Assembly (NCBI GenBank): GCA_004431415.1
Contig: QPMI01000104.1
Location: 292,457 to 356,456 of the forward strand
Length of the DNA stretch: 64,000 nucleotides
DNA from: Cyanophora paradoxa CCMP329
Taxonomy: Eukaryota > Plantae > Glaucophyta
Reading direction: 5' to 3'
Positions 48,779 through 61,800 of this stretch are shown piece by piece. The translations under genes and the position numbers were made by a program. Numbering within the stretch: the first letter of the stretch is position 1; every line of letters begins with the position of its first letter. Below the pieces are notes generated by a model. The model was given only the letters and a program-made list of their open reading frames with translations. It did no database searches and was not told where the DNA came from.

Positions 48779-50414
48779 TTCGTTCGCAAACCTGCATGCT
48801 CCGCAATACTGACTTTCAGTGATGGCGCTGCAGCTGCGATCTTCCCGGCCTGCTGATCGTGATGTACAGCCTGCACACTAACGATCCATCCTGCTAGCGC
48901 TTGCGGCACAGGCGCCTGTATGGTGTACATAGCCCAGCTACAGAGCTACAGAGCGCTGCGGGCCACGCGGCCAACGCCCCACAGTCCCGGTCCCAAGCCG
49001 AGGAATACATCTCAAGCGAAGCTATCAGGCCCACCCGCCAAACCCGCCGCCCAGAGCTCGCTGCGGCGCGTATGTGTGCATTCTGTACACGACCCCAGCA
49101 TCACTTTTCGTTCGCAAACCTGCATGCTCCGCAATACTGACTTTCAGTGATGGCGCTGCAGCTGCGATCTTCCCGGCCTGCTGATCGTGATGTACAGCCT
49201 GCACACTAACGATCCATCCTGCTAGCGCTTGCGGCACAGGCGCCTGTATGGTGTACATAGCCCAGCTACAGAGCTACAGAGCGCTGCGGGCCACGCGGCC
49301 AACGCCCCACAGTCCGGTCCAAGCCGAGGAATACATCTCAAGCGAAGCTATCAGGCCCACCCGCCAAACCCGCCGCCCAGAGCTCGCTGCGGCGCGTATG
49401 TGTGCATTCTGTACACGACCCCAGCATCACTTTCGTTCGCAAACCTGCATGCTCCGCAATACTGACTTTCAGTGATGGCGCTGCAGCTGCGATCTTCCCG
49501 CCTGCTGATCGTGATGTACAGCCTGCACACTAACGATCCATCCTGCTAGCGCTTGCGGCACAGGCGCCTGTATGGTGTACATAGCCCAGCTACAGAGCTA
49601 CAGAGCGCTGCGGGCCACGCGGCCAACGCCCCACAGTCCCGGTCCCAAGCCGAGGAATACATCTCAAGCGAAGCTATCAGGCCCACCCGCCAAACCCGCC
49701 GCCCAGAGCTCGCTGCGGCGCGTATGTGTGCATTCTGTACACGACCCCAGCATCACTTTTCGTTCGCAAACCTGCATGCTCCGCAATACTGACTTTCAGT
49801 GATGGCGCTGCAGCTGCGATCTTCCCGGCCTGCTGATCGTGATGTACAGCCTGCACACTAACGATCCATCCTGCTAGCGCTTGCGGCACAGGCGCCTGTA
49901 TGGTGTACATAGCCCAGCTACAGAGCTACAGAGCGCTGCGGGCCACGCGGCCAACGCCCCACAGTCCCGGTCCCAAGCCGAGGAATACATCTCAAGCGAA
50001 GCTATCAGGCCCACCCGCCAAACCCGCCGCCCAGAGCTCGCTGCGGCGCGTATGTGTGCATTCTGTACACGACCCCAGCATCACTTTTCGTTCGCAAACC
50101 TGCATGCTCCGCAATACTGACTTTCAGTGATGGCGCTGCAGCTGCGATCTTCCCGGCCTGCTGATCGTGATGTACAGCCTGCACACTAACGATCCATCCT
50201 GCTAGCGCTTGCGGCACAGGCGCCTGTATGGTGTACATAGCCCAGCTACAGAGCTACAGAGCGCTGCGGGCCACGCGGCCAACGCCCCACAGTCCCGGTC
50301 CCAAGCCGAGGAATACATCTCAAGCGAAGCTATCAGGCCCACCCGCCAAACCCGCCGCCCAGAGCTCGCTGCGGCGCGTATGTGTGCATTCTGTACACGA
50401 CCCCAGCATCACTT
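48779..50414. repeat. Tandem array of five near-identical 328-bp units
   Basis: CTGCATGCTCCGCAATACTGAC starts at 48792, 49120, 49445, 49772 and 50100. The only differences seen are single-base deletions in copies 2-3. Confidence 0.97.
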
Positions 50415-51194
50415 GCTCGTGTTGATGGGCCCCTTCATGAGATTCTTTTGGAGCGCTTCTGCCTCGACGAACCGCGTGAACTCGTCTGCGCGGAGCGGCG
50501 GATCAGCGCGGCGCGGGGCGGGGAGGCGTGTGCGGGCGAGCGGGGCGGGGCGGGGCGGGGCGGAGCTCGCCTCTCCTGCGGAACGCCGACTTGTCAACGG
50601 GGTCCACGCGCGCGGTATCATACGCGTGATCCCGCTTCATTGTGCTCCCCATCTTCTTGTCCAGCCGCTGGCCAGTCGCCCCTGCGGCGCGTCGGCTCCC
50701 GCGATGCGGGCGGGCGGGCGGCGCGGGGCGAACGGCGCACCGGCACAGGACTGACTCCACAGATTCTGGCTGATCATGTCCCGCAGGCCGTCGCTGTCCA
50801 TCCCAGAGAAGAACCGCGCGGCCGACGGCGGGTTCGGAATGGGCTTAGGCATCTCCTTCTTCTCTTCCGTCTTGGGCGCCGGGGTCGCCGGGGGCGGTGC
50901 GTTCCAGAAATCTGCCGGCGGCACGTCAGACGTGCGGTGCTGTGGACTGCAGCTGGCTGCGGAGCTGGGAAGGCGCGTGCGCGAACCCGGATATGTCCTG
51001 GACATGAACTCGCCCTGCAGCGCCTTCTCTTTGTCGATGATCTGCGATGCAGGAGCTTTAGTCGATGGCGTGAGGCGTGAAGGGCAGCCGCCGCACCTGT
51101 TTCAGGAACTCGGCTGCAATTGCAAGGCAGCAACGGCACCGCGGTCAGCTACCGAGAGCGCGCCGCGGGCATGGTTGCAAAGCTCACCCTTCAT
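50409..51194 (-). CDS. Small hypothetical protein, ~6 exons
   Basis: Spliced: MKAEFLKQIIDKEKALQGEFMSRTYP...ARFFSGMDSDGLRDMISQN...STMKRDHAYD...AFRRRDEFTRFVEAEALQKNLMKGPINTSK-TGA, with canonical GT/GC-AG junctions. Confidence 0.7.
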
Positions 51195-51399
51195 GTTGTC
51201 GACCCACCGCAGCTCGCGGTCTGTGCCCGGGAGTCCCGCCATCGCTGCTGCTCGCTCCTCGCCCCGCGCACGAAAGCTTCTTGGTTTCCTGAAACGCCTA
51301 GATGCTGCTGTATGGAGCGCGCTCGGTTTGAGTCAGCTTGGCTGCCCTGGTTCTCGAGGTCTAAAACAAGCGGTTTCTGTGATTGTACCCCAACCTAGT

Positions 51400-52318
51400 G
51401 TGCGGGTTCGGTTTCGCTCAGGAGACTTTCCCGGCCGAGTTGGCTGGGACAGCCTGTAAAGCTGCAGGCACCTCCAGATCTGCTCAGGAGCACTATCTAG
51501 TGCGATCGATGAGCTCGGCGCAGCTGGAGCTTCCCGCGGGCTCCGCGCCGCTTCCGCCGCCGCACCCGCGGCTCGGCATTGGCACCGTGGGCACTGCGCT
51601 GAGGATCCTGCAGCCCAAGCGCGGTGCGCAGCAGAACGCAGCAGAGCAGCCCGCCCTTCCAGCGAACGCGCCCCTTGTCGCTGCGTTCCCCGCGGATGAG
51701 ACGGCAGCCGCGGAAGCCGCAGGCGCTGAGCCCGCGGATGCTGCCCCGGACTCTTCGCGGCCCGGGGCGGACGCTGTGAGACCCTCCGGCTTTGCCTTCG
51801 CCGCGAACGTCGTGACGCAGGCGGGAAGGGCCAAGAAGCGCGCCCAGCTGCAGGTGCGCGGCGGCGCTGCGGTGCCGGGCGCGCCTCGCGCTGATCTCCC
51901 GCGCCGTATCAGCTTCCGGTGCGGCCTGCGGCGGCCCAAGACGCACCGGCGCCCGCCCCGCAGCTCTCGCCTCCCGCCGCCCCCGGACCCGGCCTCGCCC
52001 CCTCCGCGCCCCCGCCCGACCCGGCGCGGCCGCCCCTCCCTCAGCAGCCATCCTTTCAGCTGCCGCAGGCCTCTCCCCATAGCTCCGTCCCCGGCGCCTC
52101 GCCGCACGCCCTCCTCTCCCCCAGCGCCCCCGCCCCTCCCCCGGCGTACCCCTCCGCCCAGCCCGCGCCCCCTCCCCCAGCCGCTCCCCAACATGCTCGA
52201 CCGACGGTACCCTCCCTCGGTCCGTCTGCCCCCGCCACAGCCCAGTACTTCTCCGGATACCCGCCAGAGGCCCCCGCCAACCCCCAGCCCTTCCCAGCGG
52301 ACCCGTCCCCGTACGGGC
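51400..52318 (+). pseudogene. Truncated direct duplicate of the 5' end (upstream region, exon 1, intron 1, part of exon 2) of the gene at 58833
   Basis: Aligns to 58724-59630 at offset 7324 (MSSAQLELPAGSAPLPPPHPRLGIGTVG...). Similarity ends abruptly after ...PQPFPADP. Confidence 0.88.
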
Positions 52319-53396
52319 CGTACGAAGTCTATCCACCAGCCACCAATCTACGCGGCACCCGACTTCCAAGATGCCGAATTCGAATTCCCAGGGTGCGCCC
52401 CCCCTCCTTCCCCCCCCTCCTTCCCCCCCTCCCCCCCCCCACCACCCCACCCCTCTCCGGATCCCCGAGGCGAACGGGGGCTGTGGGGCCGGAGAGGGCC
52501 CGGGGCGCCGGGGTCGGGGTCGGGGTCGGCGCCGGTGAATTCGAAGCGTTGCCGTAGGGCGTCTCAACCCCCTTTCCCCCCCCCCCCTCCCCTCCCCTCC
52601 CACACACACACTGTGTTTGACACCCCGGCCCCCGCCCCGGCCACACCTATGCCTGGTCTCAACCTCCCACTACGGCCCCCAAAATAGCTACTCTAGTTGT
52701 TCACTCGATATCGATGGCGAAGGATGTGAAATTATTCAATTGCAAGAAATGACCATGATGTCCATGATACGTTGAATGCAATGTTGCGACCAGCGCCGGC
52801 AGAATTTCGCTAGCGCTGTTTCTTCTTTTGGGGCCCGGGGGCTCGGGCCCCGGGGCATCATCATGATCATGACTCAGTGATCATGAGCCCATCATGCCAC
52901 CCTCCCCTAGACTCTGTAATTGCGGCCGAAAACTGCAGCTGGCTAGCGCTGTTAAATACGTAATTATGTAAAGTAAACGTAGAGGAAGCATGCGCATGCG
53001 CATGCGCACGTACATTCTATAGCTACGTATACAACGACAATGGTACACGTACACGTGTACTACGGTAATATGACAGCTGCTTATCATTTACTGATTCGCG
53101 AGGCCGACGAAAATTCAATGATTGAAGTGACTTAGATAAGATTCTAGTAAATCGGATTTTTTAGAGAAACTTAGCGCTAGCTTCAGATAGATACATAGAT
53201 AGAGTAAATGATAGAGTACTACTTACGGTAACTGAATTTCCACTACTTCAAGCGTTAACTGAATTTCCACCGGGCGCGATCGGAGTTGGCCGTGTACATA
53301 CATGCCCCGCGGCCCGGGCCTCGAGTTCGTGCTCAGATACCGATGGGGGGACGCTTCAACTTGTCGGCCTGTGGGCGGATCGAATCAGAATCATGA

Positions 53397-56300
53397 TCAG
53401 GCGTCGAGGCTCATGGAGGCTGCAGCTGGGCTATTTTCGGCTACCTCGAGGTCGAGCCCGCCGCTCTCGATAAGACCGGCGACGGTCCACTCCGGGCCCG
53501 CCACGCTCGAGCTCAGCGCGGCCTTCTTCTTCTTGCGCGCCGGCTTCTTGTGGGCGCCGGGGGCGGAGGCGGCCGCCGCGTCCGCCTCGATGATCGCCGC
53601 GCGGGCCTTCTCCGCGGCGAGGAGCCACTCGTCCTGAAGCCTGCGCGGCGGGCGCTTGGTCTCAGCCCACATCAAAGAGCCTAGTCTTCAATTGGGCTCC
53701 CGAGGGCGCGGCTCACTCGGGGTACCGCTGCTCGAGGTGCTCCAGGACCTCCTCCGTCGCGTCCTCCTCCTCGCCCGCCGCGGCCGCCGCGGCCGCGGGG
53801 CCGGCGATCGCGAGGGCGGGGAGGGCGGACTCGGGCTCGGCGGGCGGCGCCGGCGGAGGCTTCCCGAGCGCCGCGTCCAGGTCGGCGCTTGCGTCCCACA
53901 GGCCCCCGGCGCCCTGCGCACGCACGCACGGAAAACGTGGGCGAAGAGTCGAGATCTCCGCATCTTATCTAGAATCTAGACTCTCCGGCGCCCTCTACTT
54001 TTTCTAGATCTGGATCGAGGCTTGGTAGCGCCCAGATCCAGATCTAGAAAAGGTAGAGGGCGTCGGGCCGCAGTCGCGTGTGTGCGCACCATGAGGAGGA
54101 GGATGGTCTCCAGAGGCCGGCGCGCGAGGGCCGCCTCCTCCTCGGTGCTCGTGCTCGGCTTCGCCAGCCCCTGCAGCTGTTGGGGGCACCGTTCGTCCGG
54201 TCGGCGCGGGCCGAGTACGAGCGGGGGGTACGGGGGTACATGCTCGCCTCGATCCCCGCAACGTCAACGGGAGGCTCGTCGTCGTCGGTACCCGTAGCGG
54301 CGCCGTCGGTGGTTTCGGTCATGGTCCGCGGCCGCGACGTCGACACGCGATCGGTGGGTTCGGTGTTGGCCCGCGAGCGCGGCATCGGGCGCTGTGGGGG
54401 TACGTCACCGACTAATCAACCGGAGGGGGTGGGGTGGGTGTTCAGGGGGGGTACCGCGATGAGCGCGCCGAGGCCGCGGCAGCAGAGGCAGCTCCAGAAG
54501 GAGTTGGACTCGCTCTAGCGATTCGGGGCGCACGCGCAGATTGTAATTAGAGGGGGCGGGCGGATTCGTGTCCCCCCCGGGGGGGGGGGGGGGGGGGAAG
54601 ACGGGGGGAAGACGGGGAGGGGTACCTGGGTCGGGGACCGGCTGCTGCTGGGGCTAAAAGGGCGCTGTCCGGGGTCGGATCCCATGCTCGTGCGGTTTAC
54701 GCTCGAGCGCCCGGGGATGCTCATGCGGCGGGCCGACGGCGCCGCCGCGGGCCCCCCGCCGAGCGACTGGCGCGGGGGCCCGCCGATCGACTTGCGGACG
54801 GCGTCGAGGCTCGCTCGGAGCAGGGAGCCTCTCCTCACGTTCAGCCGCTTCGCCAGCTGCCCAGAAAGAGATCAGAGGCAGGAAGAGAGGTGCGCAGATC
54901 TAGAGGCGCGGAGGGGAGGGGCGGGGAGGGGCGCGGCGCGGCCCGGCCCGACGCACCCGGACCGCGCACGGGACGCTGAGGAGCACCCCCGCGGCGCCCT
55001 CGGCGCCGGGGCCGGAGATGACGGCGGTGTAGGGAACCCCGTGCCACGCCAGCCCGTGGCTGCGTCCACTGTCAGCTATAGGAAAAGAGAGCAGCTGCAG
55101 TTCTAGTCCGACGGTCTCTAGAAGGCCGCGGTATTTAATGGATGACTGCAGTTGGAGGACCTAAGATATATAGTCATATCATCGTTCTCTTTATCGTTGG
55201 AATCGCAGCGCAAGTTAAGCACCGGCGGGCGAGGTCCGCAAGCCGGGCGGCGTCGTGCGGGGACGCCTGCGCTGCGTACGCCGCGTCCGCCAGGGCCGCC
55301 CGGGCCGCGAGCTTTGAGACGGGCCCGCCCGCCCGCGCCGGGACCACCTTGAACGTGGGTGAGGGGGGGGAGGAAGAAGGGGGAGGAGGAGAGGGGGCCG
55401 ACCGGAGCGTTGAAGGCGAGGGGGGGATCGCGGTCGCGGGTGCCCGCGCGCCGCCCCCCGAGCGTCGCCTTGGCAGGGAGCGCGTGGCTCGCCTCCTGGG
55501 GCGCAGATTAATACTCAGGATCGGAGAGAATATTAATGGATCCGGAGCGTGAGGGGCGGACCGGGGATCCAAAGGCGAACGCGGTGAGGCGGTCGCCAGC
55601 GAAGAGGGCCGCCGGAAGCTCCCGCGGGGCCTGCGGGCGGTAGATATTTGAAAGAGACGGATCATAGATTTGCTAGGTCCGGTTCTAACGAGCTTCGTGG
55701 AAATCTAAAGAGATGCGACGGGATCGGAGCGGCGAACTGCAGCTTGAAGCTGGAATTCGGAGCCTTGAAGCTTAAGATCGGGAGGGACCCGGACCTGGAC
55801 GGCTGTGGGGGCTCCCCAGTCGAGCGAGAGGTGGAGGAGCGCGGGGGCCGCGCAGCGGCGCAGCTGCCGGAGGACAGGGCCCTCCAGCCGCCCCCCGTCT
55901 GCTCAGATCAGGTGAGATGTGATTCGGATCTCAGGTGATCTAATTATAGGCGCGTACCCGGTATGAACTCTGGGTAGCCCCCCCCGGCACGCGCGATGGC
56001 GGCGGCGAGCCGCTCGCAGGTTCCGATTGGGAAGACGCGGGCCTGCGAGGAGCTCGGATCAAATCGAGGGGGGGAGAGGGGGGCGGAGGGGGGGGAGGGG
56101 GAGGGGGGGGGAAGCTCGGATATCGATCAAATCGAGGGGAGGGGAAGGAGGGGAGGGGGAAGGTGGGGGGAGGGGAGGGGAGGGGAAAGGGTGGGGGAAG
56201 GGGGGGGGGGGGGGGGGGCGCGGAAGGGGAAAGAGAGGGTGGCAGGGGGGAGGAGGGGGGGGGGGGGGGGTAGCACGGACATCGTCGGCGCGGCTCTTGA

Positions 56301-58304
56301 TCAGGTTGATGACGTCGCCGGAGCCCGCTTTCTGCCCTCAGAAATCAGGTGAGCGAGCCCGAAAGATCTAGAGGGCCAAAGAGGGGCGGCCGCGGACCTT
56401 GCCGCCCGTGACGACGATGACCTGCCGCTGCCTGCTCGACGTCGACGTCAGATCACGGCACTCGCCGCCCCTTCCTAGGCTCGGAATTCGAAAGAGCTTG
56501 TGATCACCTGGGGTGCCCGGGGGCCGCCACCCCGTCCAGACAGGCCGCGACCCCCTTCCAGAGGTCCCCTCCCAGGAGGCACATCTCCGGGCGAATCTGA
56601 TCCACGAACTTGTCGACCTGCGCCGAATATACGTCGAAGGTTTTATGAGTGTCGAACGCAAACTGCAGCTGCAGCTGCAGCTGCAGCTGCTCGAAATCGC
56701 AGATTTTTGCACGTGGGAGAAGTTCTTCTCGGTAAGAGCCTGGGCCTTCCCAACAGGGAAGAGGCGGTCCGTATGACTCCCGAAAGCTGCCGCAGTGCGG
56801 CTCATGATTAGTCGTTCATAGTTAAGCAGCTCGATCGCGATCATCGGATCGTCGCCAAGGCGTAGGGCGCGCGCGCGCGCGGGCCAGGCACATGCACGCG
56901 CACCCACGACGTCGAAGCGGGTCCCGGAGGGCAGGGATCGGATCGCGGCGCGCACGGCGCTCTTGGCCTGCGCCAGCCTGCCCCGCGGCTGATACAGTAA
57001 GCCGGGCGGGGCCCGGCCGCCCGGGGCGGGCCGGGCGCTCGCGGGCGCTCGCGCGCCTGGCTTTGCCTATGGCCCGGTCGACCGCGAAGACGACCTCCAG
57101 CTCGTCCGGGGGCGTGCGCGCCCACGACGGCGCGGCGCTGAGCGCGAAGGCCGGCCCGCAGCCGCGGCTGTCGCCTTCGGCGCCGCCGTCGCCGTGGGCC
57201 GAGTCGGACCAGACGAGCGCGGCGGGGCCGTGGCCGTCCATGCACACGGGCGCCTCCACGACGAGGGAGGCACCGGTACCCCATCGCTTCAGGGTCTGCA
57301 TGCGGGGCGGCCGGCGCCTCGAAAGACGGAGAGCACGAAGACGGAGCTTAAGCTCACCACTGGCCCGATCTCGACGCGTGCGCATGCTCTCTCCCCGGCC
57401 TCCGATCGCGAGACGGCTGATCATGAATTCGAAGGCGCCGGCGGGTCAGACGGCGTATATGTGGGGGCCGCTGAATATTGCGACGTACCCAGGTTGGAGG
57501 CGTGGGTTGGGGAGCGGACGCTGCCAATGGAGAGCGGCGCCGGCGCCGCGAAGGACAGATCCACAGTCACCTCGACCGGCGCATCCTGCGCGAAGCGCGC
57601 AATCAGATCAGATCGAATTCGCATCCGCGCGTTCTTTTATGATTTAAAAGATGGTCCGCGGAACCAGCGAACCTTCAGCGTCTCGTCGGGAAGGAGCGCC
57701 GCGGGAGGGAGAACGAAGCGGACGGCTCCGTCACCGGCCGGCCGCAGTTCGTGGACGAGCGAGATGGTGAACGTCGCGTCCTCGCCCGGCGCGAGGGTGA
57801 TGGTGCCCGAGTCCAGGGTCAAGCACCAGTCGAGCCCGCCCCCGGCCCCGCCCCCGCCGCCTGTCACCGCCGCGGCCGCCGTCGCAGTCGCCGTCGCCGT
57901 CGCCTCCCTGCTCGCGTCGACGTCGCCCGCCCGCCCAGCGATCGTCGCCGCGCCGATGCGGGCCTCGAACGCCGACACCGAGGCGTCCACGGGCACTGGA
58001 AAGCGGTACTCGACGGCGACGGGCGCATCGCCATCGTGCCGGAAGGTCTGTCGGACTGTTCCCGCGGCGATCGCGAGTCAGCTGCAGGCAGCTGCAGGCC
58101 AGCTGCAGGCGCCAGACTAGTACTATGCGCGCGCAGAATTCAAAAGCACGAACGTGTGGTCTCGCAGCAGTAGCCATCGATAATGCAAGTAGCGTGGACG
58201 CTCCTCAGCGGCACGCGAAGCGCGTTGAGTATAACGCTCACGTTGTCCCGGCCGAAAAGGCCGACGTCGACAGCTGGCGACCTACTAGCTTGGGAGTTCA
58301 TCAT
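53397..58304 (-). CDS. VIT-VWA protein (VWA5A-like) with a degenerate MIDAS and a long low-complexity C-terminus
   Basis: VPLRSVHATCIIDG, GTVRQTFRHDGDAPVAVEYRFPVPVDASVSAFEARIG (VIT); VRSPTH; EVVFAVDRAIG, AKSAVRAAIRSLPSGTRFDVV, AFGSH, VIVVTGG, RVFPIG, IARAGGGYPEFI, LFAGDRLTAFAF (VWA and tail). Confidence 0.8.
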
Positions 58305-58832
58305 GATCACTGCCAGGCTGCTTCCCGCGCGCTCGATCGGGCGCGTACGCTTTGAATCGAAGCCAGCTGCAGCTGCCGGCCCGATCGCATGCGCAATTGC
58401 AAGCTTAAGGCGGCCCGGCCAGCCTGCTGCAACGTTAACTTGCAATTGGCAATTGCAAGCCCTTGCAACTATGTGTGTGGCGGGAATCCAGGCAAGGCTC
58501 CGCTCCAGCTACGTATACAGCAGCTGATGAGCAGCAGGCTTCCCGCTCGATCATCCAATGATCCAGGATCCGCTCGACCGGGCCGGGCGGGCCCGGTCGT
58601 CGTCGCCGGGCCGTCGCCGGCGTGCTTAGCAAGCAAGCTGGTAATGATGTGAAGTTCAGTTCAACGCACGAATTTTCATGCCGGGGGACTAGCGACAGTT
58701 CGAGCAGCGGTACCCCGCTTTCAGTGCGGGTTCGGCTTCGCGCAGGAGACATTTTCGGCCGTGTTAGCTGGGACAGCCTGGAAGCCGCACGCGACCTCCA
58801 GACCTGCTCAGGGGCGCACTGGAGTTCGAGCG

Positions 58833-61800
58833 ATGAGCTCTGCGCAGCTGGAGCTTCCAGCGGGCTCCGCGCCGCTTCCGCCGCCGCACCCGCGGCTCGG
58901 CATTGGCACCGTGGGCAGTGCGCTGAGGATCCTGCAGCCCAGGCACGGGGCGCAGCAGAACGCAGCAGAGCAGCCCGCCCTTCCCGCGGATGCGCCGCCT
59001 GCCGCCGCGCTCCCCGCGGATGAGCCGGCAGCCGCGGAAGCCGCAGGCGCTGAGCCCGCGGATGCTGCCCCGGACTCTTCGCGGCCCGGGGCGGCCGCTG
59101 TGAGGCCCTCCGGCTTTGCCTTCGCCGCGAACGTCGTGACGCAGGCGGGAAGGGCCAAGAAGCGCGCCCAGCTGCAGGTGCGCAGCGCCGCTGCGGTGCC
59201 GGGCGCGCCCTGCGCTGAACTCTCGCGCCGTATCAGCTTCCGGTGCGGCCTGTGGCCGCTGAGGACGCACCGGCGCCCGCCCCGCAGCTCTCGCCTCCCG
59301 CCGCCCCCGGACCCGGCCTCGCCCCCTCCGCGCCCCCGCCCGACCCGGCGCGGCCGCCCCTCCCTCAGCAGCCATCCTTCCAGCTGCCGCAGGCCTCTCC
59401 CCATAGCTCCGTCCCCGGCGCCTCGCCGCACGCCCTCCCCTCCCCCGGCGCCCCCGCCCCTCCCCCGGCGTACCCCTCCGCCCAGCCCGCGCCCCCTCCC
59501 CCAGCCGCTCCCCAACATGCTCGACCGTCGGTACCCCCTGTCGGTCCGGCTGCCCCCGCCGCAGCCCAGTACCCCTCCGGATACCCGCCAGAGGCCCCCG
59601 TCAACCCCCAGCCCTTCCCAGCGGACCCGTACGGCCAGGCGGGCCCGTACCCACCGATCCAGGGAGGGTACGCCGGCATGCCTCCCATCCAGTACCCCTC
59701 CCCGTACGGGGCCTATCCCCCAGCGTACCCGCCCTACAACCCCTACAACCCCTACGCTTCGCCCTACGGCTACGCTTCCCCATACCCCTACGCGCCGCCG
59801 CCCTTTCCTGCCCCACAGCCCCCGTCCGTTTCGGGGGGCGCATTTTCGGAAGTCTCCGGTGGGTCGACCCGCCCTCGCGCTCCCGCTCCGGCCCCGCTCG
59901 GATTCGAACCGGCGCAGCGATGCTCGAGCAGCAGCGGAGGCAACTGGAGGCCGCGCTGGCGAGGAAGGCAGAGCTGTCCAGGCGCCTGAAGGCGAGAGAA
60001 ACCCGGTACCCCCCCTCCTGGCTTCCTCCGCGCCGAGCCGGCCGCCCCGCAGGAGGTCCAGGCCGAGGAGGAGGCCGAGGCGAACGAGCGCCTCCTCGCC
60101 AAGGTCCCCGGCTCGAATCCGGGCGGGTCCCTTTCTTTTCTCTCTTCTCAGACCGCCGGCAGGCGGCGCTAACGGTCGACGCGGCGGCGCGGCGGGCCCA
60201 GGGGCCGGGGGGAGCCCCAGGACAGAACGGTGGGCAGAGTACCCCGTCTTTGCTTTGCCCGCCCCAGCCTCCAACGATTGATCTTCGACCAGGCGCGGTA
60301 CCCCCCATGGAGCTTTTGGTGGCGCAGAACATGCAGATGCAGAACATGCTCCTCCAGCAGGCGAGCGTACCCCCCGCGCTTCCTTACCCGTACCCCTCAT
60401 CTGGGTCGGGTCGGTGCTCGCAGATGATGGGAGGGGGCGCGGGGGGCGCCGCGGCGCCCCTCGCCGGCCGAGACGGGCGACGCTCGGTCGGCCTGCCGGG
60501 GGACGAGGACGAAGGGCGAGCTTGTACCCCCCCTTCACCCCTTCTGCACCCTTACCCCCGCGCTGACGCGTCGGGATGCAGGGACGAGAAGGGAAGCCAC
60601 GGGCGCTCCTCGTCCGCTCTGGGGCGCGCGCTGTACCCCACCTTTCCCTTCCTTGTACCCCAAAGCTCAACCTGATCGGCCCCGCAGACGTGGCCGCGGC
60701 CGAACGCAGTCGCGTGCGGGAAGGCTCTGGACGGATGCCGCACGGAAGGCCTACGACTCGGTACCCCGGCGTCTTTCCCCCCTTCCTTTTTGAACGCGAC
60801 CGACTTGGGGTACAGGTGCTCCTCGGGGACGACGACCTCGGGCTCGCGGACGACGTGCGCCCGTACCCCCCCCCCCTTGGGGCCCGGGGGGTACGGGGCT
60901 GCGTCCTCATTCTCGATACCCGCCCCAGATCGCCGCCGAGGAGGAGGAGAGGCGGGAAGAGCGCGAGCGCAGGGCGCGCGCACCCGTACCCCCCGCACGC
61001 CCCCCGCCCCCGCCCTAGCATTCTTATCACCCCCTACAGGAGAAGAAGGAAGCGGACGCTCGCATCAACGGCCCGGCGGCCAAGAAGCGTGCGCGCCCCC
61101 TCTGTCCCGCCCCGCCCCGCCCCGCCCCGCCCCGACCGCTCGGCGCTGCAGGGCGGAAGGCGCTGCGGCGGTTTCGGAAGGGCGCCCTCGCCGTCTTCTT
61201 CGCCTCCTCCCTCGTCCGCCTGATCGAAAGGGTGCGCCCGCCCGCCGCCCGCCGCTGAAAAGGACAACATTAAAAGGATACCCCCTGCCTCCTCGGCCTG
61301 GCCTAGCCTGGCCTCCCCCTCCCTAGCCTTCATGTTCTCCCCCCCCCTTCCCCACCCCCCCCCCTCCTCTCCGCTCTGATGAAGCGGGGGTACAGATCAA
61401 GGTGGCAGAGCGGGCCTTTGGCAAGGCCCGCACGGAGGCCCGCTCCTGGCTCCGCCGCAACGCCAAGGTGAGGGGGGAGGGGGCGGCGCAGGGTACGCTA
61501 GGGGAGGGCGTGCACCGCCTGGCGCCTGGGGAGGGGGGGAGGGAAGGCGCTAGCGCCGGCTCGTCCCCCCTGGGGCGCGCCCCGGGCTTTCTGAATCGCG
61601 TCTGTACCCCCGCCCCCCAGGTCCACGTGCTCCGCATACTCGCCGAGCAGAGCCTGGACCTCTCGGAGGTGCGCGTTCCCCCTTTCCGTTTCTCCACCTC
61701 CCTGCCCCGACGCGCCTTCGTTCGCAGTGCCAGGCCCCGAAGGAGAAGGCGGGGCTCCTGGGAGGCCTCCTCGGCCTCTCCCGGGCCCGCCAGGCGCGCT

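Noticed and set aside
48815-48900. C/D-box snoRNA in the 328-bp unit (GTGATGG...CTGA..GTGATGT)
   Set aside because: Imperfect C box, no terminal D box at the right distance and no recognisable rRNA guide. An Infernal/Rfam search would settle it.
52985-53070. Alternating purine-pyrimidine tract (Z-DNA potential)
   Set aside because: Present but short and interrupted, with similar tracts elsewhere (40120-40230, 62955-62980) and nothing to support a function.
58808-61030. Long ORFs such as the 740-aa minus-strand ORF and other Arg/Pro/Gly-rich ORFs in the track
   Set aside because: Shadow ORFs caused by very high GC. They are antisense to, or read through introns of, the spliced genes.
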